Source: a virus (lineage: Duplodnaviria > Caudoviricetes). Taken from it: DNA of 33,515 nt. Below, in pieces: positions 28,007 through 33,515 of the stretch. How positions within the stretch are numbered: the stretch's first letter is position 1; each line of letters begins with the position of its first letter. The stretch covers positions 1 to 33,515 of the IMG/VR virus record IMGVR_UViG_3300017565_000035; one strand, given 5' to 3'. Under the pieces are notes generated by a model, which was not told where the DNA came from, ran no database searches, and saw only the letters and a program-made list of their open reading frames with translations. A program made the position numbers and the translations under genes.

Positions 28007-28215
28007 CCGATGTTCTTCGCGATGACGCGGCGGAAATGGCCGATGCAGCTATTGCGCGTGCGGCCGATCTTCATCGCGGCTTGGCCGAAGGTCTTGCCGT
28101 TCGCGATCATCTCCGCGAGCTGGTCGGATTCCTCATCGGTCCAGCGCGATTGTGGGACGTGGCGCGGATCACCGTTTCGCGCAGCCCGGCAGGAGGCTAT
28201 GGGGATATGCTTCAT
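27991..28215 (-). CDS. GcrA N-terminal-like HTH protein
   Basis: WTDEE...L......G....A..IGRTRNSCIG...R. Confidence 0.8.
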   Translation of the reverse strand: MKHIPIASCRAARNGDPRHVPQSRWTDEESDQLAEMIANGKTFGQAAMKIGRTRNSCIGHFRRVIAKNIGWQAR

Positions 28216-28964
28216 GCGGCGAGCCTTTCGCGCTCGATCGAGGCGAGGATCGCGCGGCCGATCAGTTCGGGGATCTGAGGGACTACGGCGTTTCCGAGGC
28301 CTTTATTTCGGTGTATCCCGTTGGGAACCCCATGACCTGTTCCGAGGTCTCGGGCACCGGATATCGTTGGCCAAGCACAAGGCTGCACCAATCTTGCCAA
28401 TTGTTCCTCTCGGGGTTCCTGACACCACGCCGCGGTGATGTTCGCCCCCCCTTGAACGCTGTTGCGTTGGGGGTAGGCCACAATCCAAACGCGGTCCCGA
28501 AGTTGTCGCGCACCAGCGTAGGAAGCCGGTATGCAATTCCACTCCGCATCATACCCGAGCGCGGCCAGGCTTCCGAGAACGTCTCCCAGCCCTCGACCAA
28601 GCAATGCTGCGACGTTTTCCACGATTGCGTATTGTGGTCGAATCTCGCCAATGAGTCGGGCGAACTCAAACCAGAGCCCGCTTCGATCGCCTCCGAGACC
28701 CTCGCCAGGGCCCGCCAAACTGATGTCTTGGCAAGGGAATCCCCCAACGATGCAATCCGGTTCAATTCCGTCTCGTCGGAGCTGCTCGGCAGACAATCCG
28801 CGAACATCTCGATAGCAGGGAACATCTGGCCAGTGCTTGTGCAGGACACGGCGGGGGAACTCCTCTATTTCACAGAAGGCGACGGTCTCGAAACCGCCAG
28901 TGCGTTCGAGGCCGAGCGAGAAGCCGCCGATGCCGGAGAAAAGATCGAGGACGCGCAGCTTCAC
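28212..28964 (-). CDS. dcm: C5-cytosine DNA methyltransferase, alpha-type chain (motifs I-VIII and X; no motif IX)
   Basis: LDLFSGIGG, GGFPCQD, ENV, Q.R.R, GNAVVP; short span between motifs VIII and X. Confidence 0.93.
   Translation of the reverse strand: MKLRVLDLFSGIGGFSLGLERTGGFETVAFCEIEEFPRRVLHKHWPDVPCYRDVRGLSAEQLRRDGIEPDCIVGGFPCQDISLAGPGEGLGGDRSGLWFEFARLIGEIRPQYAIVENVAALLGRGLGDVLGSLAALGYDAEWNCIPASYAGARQLRDRVWIVAYPQRNSVQGGANITAAWCQEPREEQLARLVQPCAWPTISGARDLGTGHGVPNGIHRNKGLGNAVVPQIPELIGRAILASIERERLAA
28283..28849 (-). CDS. Nested out-of-frame methyltransferase beta-type chain carrying motif IX (M.EcoHK31I beta-like)
   Basis: 188-codon same-strand +1-frame ORF inside dcm; GAGGAG 10 nt before the GTG; LWPTP and E..MGFP.GYT. 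Confidence 0.75.
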   Translation of the reverse strand: MSCTSTGQMFPAIEMFADCLPSSSDETELNRIASLGDSLAKTSVWRALARVSEAIEAGSGLSSPDSLARFDHNTQSWKTSQHCLVEGWETFSEAWPRSGMMRSGIAYRLPTLVRDNFGTAFGLWPTPNATAFKGGRTSPRRGVRNPERNNWQDWCSLVLGQRYPVPETSEQVMGFPTGYTEIKASETP

Positions 28965-29128
28965 AGCCTCCCCTCCACCAGATCAGGCCGCCCGATGCGG
29001 TTGGCTATGTCGATGGTCTTCGCCCGAATCCGTGCCCGCTCGCGTTCATGGCGAACGGCATTGCCTATCCTTCCAGCTTCGGAGCAGGATATGGGATGGT
29101 GGAAGATGCGACGGATCGTTTCAAGCAT
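28961..29128 (-). CDS. 55-aa hypothetical protein (MLETIRRIFHHP...)
   Basis: Translated by hand; GGAGG RBS; GTGA overlap with dcm. Confidence 0.6.
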   Translation of the reverse strand: MLETIRRIFHHPISCSEAGRIGNAVRHERERARIRAKTIDIANRIGRPDLVEGRL

Positions 29129-29486
29129 CCCCAATCACCTCCGCGATCCGGGACGTGCGAACGGTCTTGTTGCCGGATATGATGGAGCGGATTTGGACGG
29201 GCTCCTTCATGGGAGCCATCAGGTCGATGACTTCCCGGTCGAACTCGTCTGCGGCGGGAGGGGTGACCTTTACGAAGCGGCGGGCGGTAAATGCGTAGGC
29301 TCTCTTCGTATTGCCTTCGACGGGCAGTTCGCGAAACCCAAGTGCGAACGCGCCGTCCGTGTCTCGCACGCCTACGACGGCGACGAGATATACATGCCCC
29401 ATGGAGAGCAGCCCCGCCCTCGGGTCATGTCGATCGAGCCTGTTGTTGATGCACAGCGCCAGATCGCCAACTTCCCAGCCGCTCAT
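29121..29486 (-). CDS. Hypothetical protein (SH3-like: W.VGDLALC...Y.V...RF.K)
   Basis: GGAGG RBS, ATGA overlap. Confidence 0.75.
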   Translation of the reverse strand: MSGWEVGDLALCINNRLDRHDPRAGLLSMGHVYLVAVVGVRDTDGAFALGFRELPVEGNTKRAYAFTARRFVKVTPPAADEFDREVIDLMAPMKEPVQIRSIISGNKTVRTSRIAEVIGDA

Positions 29487-29953
29487 GATGCCCTCCGAAG
29501 CTTGGCGGCGTTGATCCGAGAGCGAAGGGCGAGTGCAGCCGCCAGATTGGCATCCGCCTCCGCTTCCATGCCGATCAGTTCGGCGTCGGTTTCGATATGA
29601 CCGCCGGGGCTGTCCGGCGAGCGGGCGAGCGCGGTCTTGTGAATGGCTGCGCTTGCGGCGGGGATAACGTCCGCCACGTCGTTCAGGAGCGGGACGATCA
29701 TCATCCCCTTGGACGCGGCCAGCGCATCCAGAGCATGGGCATCAATGTCGAGCAGGTTCCATGATGCAGCCAGCCCAAGGGTGCTATCTTCGTCGCGCGC
29801 GCGGCGGATGGTCTTTTCATCGCAGCCCGCTTCGACCGCGACCCGCGAAGGGCCGTGAGTGTGGCAGGATCGCAGAAGCCCATCGGCGAGCAGATGGCGG
29901 GCATCGCTGTCCGTCAGTTTGCGCACAGGCGGGCGGACATGGTTGTCAGCCAC
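29483..29953 (-). CDS. CII-like transcriptional regulator
   Basis: GTG start with GGGAGA RBS; HTH VAVEAGCDEKTIRRA; lies downstream of cro. Confidence 0.7.
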   Translation of the reverse strand: MADNHVRPPVRKLTDSDARHLLADGLLRSCHTHGPSRVAVEAGCDEKTIRRARDEDSTLGLAASWNLLDIDAHALDALAASKGMMIVPLLNDVADVIPAASAAIHKTALARSPDSPGGHIETDAELIGMEAEADANLAAALALRSRINAAKLRRAS

Positions 29954-30175
29954 GGCTATCTCCCAAAGAATGAAAGGGGACAAAGAGACAGAGCCGGGGT
30001 ATCCCGCTCCGGTTGAAATCGACTGCGACCAAGCGCGGCTCATCGGCGAAATCGTGGCCGAAGCCGTTGCCGCCCTCGGACAGCGCCGGGCCATGCTGCC
30101 GGACGCTATCGTGCAGTTCGGCCCGACCGCCGGGGAATTGACGGTCGGGCCGTCCGCGCGCGGGGGACGCGGAAG

Positions 30176-30343
30176 TCATGCGGGGTGTCCCGAAAATTCA
30201 GCGTCGGTGCAGCCGCACAGCGCCCGGTCGCACTTCCGACAGCGGGGCATCCGGTCCAGATGACCGAACGACAGGCGAACAGAGACGCCGCCGATCTGGT
30301 GGCGCGCCAGCGTGTGCCCGCCCCGAGGCTCCCCCCTCCCCAT
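30176..30343 (-). CDS. Small Cys-rich peptide (...RCRKCDRALCGCTD...)
   Basis: 55 codons translated by hand; GAGG RBS. Confidence 0.45.
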   Translation of the reverse strand: MGRGEPRGGHTLARHQIGGVSVRLSFGHLDRMPRCRKCDRALCGCTDAEFSGHPA

Positions 30344-30402
30344 TATGCGGCCTCGTTGTGGGGGTGGGTGGACCTGCTATGGTCGCGCCGGGAGGAGTCG
30401 AA

Positions 30403-30633
30403 ATGGACCACGCAACCAAAATGGCGATCCGCGCCCTCGTCTCGGGGCTGCACTATGCCGCCACGATTGACCAACGGCACATCGCCAAGATCATCGAAGC
30501 GCTCAATGAAGCCATCGAAAAGACCAACAACGAGGTTCTGTATAGCGCCACGCAAGAGCTCAGCGTTCTCCGCGACTGGATCGCGCGCGATGCCCAGCTC
30601 GATATCGAGGGAAAGCCGCTGCGGAAAGATTGA
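30403..30633 (+). CDS. 76-aa helical protein, antisense to the early lytic operon
   Basis: Strong GGAGGAG RBS; amphipathic helical sequence MDHATKMAIRAL... Confidence 0.7.
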   Translation: MDHATKMAIRALVSGLHYAATIDQRHIAKIIEALNEAIEKTNNEVLYSATQELSVLRDWIARDAQLDIEGKPLRKD

Positions 30634-30648
30634 GGCCGCGAGCATCGG

Positions 30649-30870
30649 TCAGGCTGCCTTTTCGGGCGCGCGCCACGGCTCGATCGCTTCCAGCGTGTCA
30701 ATCTGCTCGTCGGTGAGGCCGTCTAGCAGCGGGTGCCGCCAGCCCGTTGTGCGGAAGATGTGGATTGCGAGCGGTCGCGAGGGGCGGCGCACGCCGCTCA
30801 GCACTTCGCTTGCATAGGAGGCGCTGATGCCAGCATCGCGCGCCAACTCGGATGTTTTGAGCTTTCCCAT
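30649..30870 (-). CDS. cro: Cro-like XRE HTH protein
   Basis: SELARDAGISASYASEVLSGVRRPS; divergent from the repressor. Confidence 0.88.
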   Translation of the reverse strand: MGKLKTSELARDAGISASYASEVLSGVRRPSRPLAIHIFRTTGWRHPLLDGLTDEQIDTLEAIEPWRAPEKAA

Positions 30871-30878
30871 GCGAGCAT

Positions 30879-30964
30879 ATTCGCAATTTGCGAATGTGAT
30901 TGCAAGCCAAAATATTCGCAATATCGGTAATTACTCCCCGCGCGTCATGTCGCATAATGCGAAC
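30879..30964. promoter_or_regulatory. OR-like region with three 17-bp operators (30879-30895, 30914-30930, 30948-30964)
   Basis: ATTCGCAATTTGCGAAT, ATTCGCAATATCGGTAA, TGTCGCATAATGCGAAC; the third overlaps CATAAT, the putative -10 for cI. Confidence 0.85.
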
Positions 30965-31303
30965 ATGGACGACGAGGATGACAAGAACGGCGGGCCGAAC
31001 CACTTGCGAGCGTGGATGAAGTTTCGCAAAATGAAGGGCGTCGATTTGGCCGACGCGCTCGGCGGAAACGTGACTCCGGGGATGGTGAGCGACTTGGCCA
31101 ATAGTAAGCGCGCCCTGTCTGCGAAGTGGCTGCGCCGGATCGCTCCTCATCTGAACACGACCCCCGGCATGTTGCTCGATCACGATCCGAACGATCTGGA
31201 CAGCGACATGATTGAGGTGTGGGCGACCGCCAGCAATCGGCAGCGTCGGCAGATTAATGAGATTGCGAAGACGATCCTGAAAACGGGAACTGACGGGGAT
31301 TAA
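30965..31303 (+). CDS. cI: CI-like XRE repressor lacking the S24 autopeptidase domain; probably leaderless
   Basis: NHLRAWMKFRKM...LADAL...VSDL...R.LS.KWL..IA..L; 112 aa; ATG 7 nt after CATAAT with no SD. Confidence 0.88.
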   Translation: MDDEDDKNGGPNHLRAWMKFRKMKGVDLADALGGNVTPGMVSDLANSKRALSAKWLRRIAPHLNTTPGMLLDHDPNDLDSDMIEVWATASNRQRRQINEIAKTILKTGTDGD

Positions 31304-31959
31304 CGATCCCCAAGGCGCCGTCGCACATCGTTGACGACCTTGGCCATGCCCTCGGCATTCAAGTGGATGCCATCTACAATGTCGTCGGATCCGATTGTGT
31401 TTCTCAGGTCCGCGAACTCGATTCCCGGCATAGACGCGAGGCGATCGTTCATCGCTCGAATTTTGGACGCGCGCTTTATGCAGTTGAGGTCTTTCACCGT
31501 GCAGGGAGGCAGGGACATTACAATGAGCTTCCCCGGAACGTGGTCGCGAACCGCGGCGATGTTGGCGAGGGTTTCGCGCATGGGAATGCCGCGAGCTATG
31601 TCGTTGGTCCCGACCATGAGGATCGTATAGCGCGCGCCGGTTGAGCGGATCGCCTCGATTCCCGCTCGCACATGGGCGCTCGTCGACCCCCCGATGGTGC
31701 GCTGAACTACCGTGTGTTCGGGCAGCGCATCCTGCCAGCTCAGCTCGCTCAGGATCGAATCCCCGGCCACGACCACATCGCCCTTGCGGGGGAAGCGCTC
31801 GAACAGCTTCTGCGCTTCCTCTTGCAAGGGCGTTCGCCCCTGAGGGATAACGAGGCTCCGCAACTGGAAATAAGGAAAGACGCGATACGCCGCCGTTGCC
31901 CCACCCCAAATAAACCCCAGCGCGATACATGCCGCGCCGATGAACAGTGTCTTTTTCAT
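31300..31959 (-). CDS. SGNH/GDSL esterase with N-terminal membrane anchor (moron)
   Basis: GDS (block I), GG.T (II), GTND (III), DGIH (V); hydrophobic N-terminus. Confidence 0.9.
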   Translation of the reverse strand: MKKTLFIGAACIALGFIWGGATAAYRVFPYFQLRSLVIPQGRTPLQEEAQKLFERFPRKGDVVVAGDSILSELSWQDALPEHTVVQRTIGGSTSAHVRAGIEAIRSTGARYTILMVGTNDIARGIPMRETLANIAAVRDHVPGKLIVMSLPPCTVKDLNCIKRASKIRAMNDRLASMPGIEFADLRNTIGSDDIVDGIHLNAEGMAKVVNDVRRRLGDR

Positions 31960-32072
31960 GGCGAACGTCGTATAGCCGAAATCCGGGGCAGGCTATCGTA
32001 TATTCAACGGTTCGGTATCGATTTGAACCAATTTGCGTGACGCCGCCCGCAGGTATATGGGCGATCATTGCG

Positions 32073-32339
32073 ATGAAAGTTGAAATTATCAGCGGATTAA
32101 CAGCAGTCGGAGCGGGCATAGCCGCGAAGGTGTTGAAGCTCCACATTTGGCCGTTTCTGATTGTGGCCGCCATTGCTGGACCAGCCATTTACTTCAGAAC
32201 CGAGGCATACACGCGCCTGGTAAAATCTGTGCGAATCTACCGGCGCCGCCAAATTTTGGGCAATGCCATCATTTACGCCATGGCGGGCTGCTTGGCCGTG
32301 ATGATCGGTTACGCCATCATGGGCGGCAGAGGGCTTTGA
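32073..32339 (+). CDS. Small multi-TM membrane protein (candidate superinfection exclusion)
   Basis: 88 aa from ATG 32073; 2-3 hydrophobic segments with a basic loop; lower GC. Confidence 0.65.
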   Translation: MKVEIISGLTAVGAGIAAKVLKLHIWPFLIVAAIAGPAIYFRTEAYTRLVKSVRIYRRRQILGNAIIYAMAGCLAVMIGYAIMGGRGL

Positions 32340-32441
32340 CGACGGGCCCGCGCTGAAAGGGTCAGCCTTCACCGCATCTTCACGACCGCTAGCTACTAGA
32401 CGCCCACTCTCTCGGCGACCCGGAGAGTAGCCCTGCCGAGC

Positions 32442-32461
32442 CCCCGCTTGGCGGGGTTTTT
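32442..32461 (+). terminator. Rho-independent terminator
   Basis: CCCCGC-TTG-GCGGGG-TTTTT. Confidence 0.8.
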
Positions 32462-32499
32462 CGTATGCGCCGCGCCCTTCGGATCGGGCGCGAGAAAAT

Positions 32500-32556
32500 A
32501 ATCGCAATATGCGAATTTTCTGCTTGACCTGATATTCGCAATCTGCGAACTATTCC
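32500..32556 (+). promoter_or_regulatory. PL/OL-like promoter with two operators (32500-32516, 32534-32550)
   Basis: AATCGCAATATGCGAAT and ATTCGCAATCTGCGAAC flank TTGACC (32524-32529). Confidence 0.85.
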
Positions 32557-32625
32557 TCCATAGCAACTCACCCCCGCCGATCTCCCACAAGGGACGAAGA
32601 AGCGGGGAAAGGATGGAGGGACATC

Positions 32626-32862
32626 GTGGCAATCAATAAGCTGGACGGCGAGGCGACTTCCCTCTGGGGCTACGCTTACGCTGATATCCCAAAGAGCGTT
32701 TTCGCGGTCGCCGCCTATCACCTCGCCAATCTGGCGTCGGGCGGCGAGTGCAGCACGGCAGAGCGCATGATCGAGGAAATCGAGGCACTGGGGCTGAACG
32801 GCTGCATCAATGCCGCGCAGGCCAAGCGGTCGATTGCCGCGCTCAAGAAGGCGGCCGCATGA
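32626..32862 (+). CDS. First gene of the PL operon, hypothetical
   Basis: GGAGGG RBS, GTG start. Confidence 0.75.
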   Translation: MAINKLDGEATSLWGYAYADIPKSVFAVAAYHLANLASGGECSTAERMIEEIEALGLNGCINAAQAKRSIAALKKAAA

Positions 32863-33320
32863 TGGCGCGCCACGAAAAAATCACCCGCATTGAAGGCAAG
32901 CACGCTCACCGCATCGAGGAGCTTTCGCTGGCCGCGTGCGCGCTGTGGAGCCTCGCCCGCGTCTCCGGACCCATCCCCCACGACCATCAGGACGTGGTGA
33001 TGCAGCACATGGGCACCCTCTTCGGCTTCACGCCGGTGGAGAGCGACCGCGCGCGCGATCGTCTGTTCGAACAGACGCTCAACCACAGCATCCCCGAATG
33101 GGATCGTGCTGCCATCACCCGCTGCGCGACCGAGCTGACGCGCATCGCCGCCAACTATCGCGGGACCGAAGAACAGGATCGCGAAATCTGGCTGGCGGGG
33201 TTCGGCCTCTTCGAGACGGATGGGCTTTGGGAGGCCGCACAGGCTCCCGAACTCCCGCCCCGCCACGATCCGGTGTTCGGGAACACCATCGCCTCGCACC
33301 GCTACTTCGACCGAGTCTGA
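32859..33320 (+). CDS. Phage hypothetical protein
   Basis: ATGA overlap; starts MMARHEKITRIEG. Confidence 0.75.
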   Translation: MMARHEKITRIEGKHAHRIEELSLAACALWSLARVSGPIPHDHQDVVMQHMGTLFGFTPVESDRARDRLFEQTLNHSIPEWDRAAITRCATELTRIAANYRGTEEQDREIWLAGFGLFETDGLWEAAQAPELPPRHDPVFGNTIASHRYFDRV

Positions 33321-33330
33321 GGGGAATATC

Positions 33331-33515
33331 ATGACGACCGAAATCACCATCGCCGAAAAAGACGGCTGGCTCGAAGACGAGCGCGGCAACCGGAACAGCA
33401 TCGCATATTGGGGTTTGCGCGAAGCCGCCGAGACGGCGCTGCGGTCGCTGAAAGACTGCGATAATTGCACCAACTGCTCGGACTGCTCGGACTGCTCGCG
33501 CTGCTCGGACTGCTC
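33331..33515 (+). CDS. Cys-x-x repeat protein, truncated by the window edge
   Basis: GAGGGG RBS; MTTEITIAEKDGWLEDERGNRNS...LKDCDNCTNCSDCSDCSRCSDCS. Confidence 0.8.
   Translation, partial: MTTEITIAEKDGWLEDERGNRNSIAYWGLREAAETALRSLKDCDNCTNCSDCSDCSRCSDC
33473..33515 (+). repeat. 9-bp tandem repeat (ACTGCTCGG)n
   Basis: At least 4.7 near-identical copies running off the end. Confidence 0.9.

Larger units (their letters stand above)
190..33515. mobile_element. Temperate podovirus-like prophage; continues past the right edge, left boundary near or inside the tRNA
   Basis: Contiguous immunity, replication, packaging, head, short-tail, ejection and lysis modules; no tape measure or tail tube gene. 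Confidence 0.95.

Noticed and set aside
26959-28964. GIY-YIG plus methyltransferase as a restriction-modification system
   Set aside because: The T5orf172-type GIY-YIG is a common phage accessory domain, and three genes separate it from the methyltransferase.
28152-29600. 482-aa plus-strand ORF opposite dcm, which would make a third coding frame
   Set aside because: No recognisable motifs and no clear RBS; it spans several real minus-strand genes. Stop-poor antisense frames are expected in GC-rich, dual-coded DNA.
30698-32188. 496-aa minus-strand ORF across the immunity region
   Set aside because: Arg/Pro-rich and non-protein-like; overlaps cro, cI, the operators and the SGNH gene.
33473-33515. 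Tandem repeat as a CRISPR array
   Set aside because: The 9-bp units have no spacers and are in frame within a CDS.

Overview
GC-rich alphaproteobacterial DNA, probably Sphingomonadaceae (inferred from an alpha-type LexA box and a GcrA-like gene). It carries most of a temperate podovirus-like (P22/LUZ24-style short-tail) prophage abutting the 5' end of a tRNA-Ser(GCT). From right to left on the minus strand it holds cro, cII-like, a C5-cytosine methyltransferase, GcrA-like and DnaA-C-like regulators, RusA, GIY-YIG, replication genes, terminase, portal, scaffold, major capsid, tail adaptor/nozzle, ejection proteins, tail collar/spike, and lysis genes (GH19 endolysin, holin-like genes, Rz/Rz1). 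The plus strand carries a short repressor with no peptidase domain, five 17-bp operators, and a PL-like early operon that leaves the right edge and seems to resume at the left edge. No integrase is in the window. The most notable items are: (1) a LexA-boxed Zn-finger gene paired with a non-cleavable repressor, a candidate SOS-antirepressor switch; (2) a split DNA methyltransferase whose missing motif IX is encoded by a nested out-of-frame gene; (3) a prophage facing the 5' side of the tRNA; (4) an SGNH esterase plus membrane protein in the immunity region; (5) a Cys-x-x repeat protein. All calls come from reading motifs by eye; no database searches were run.
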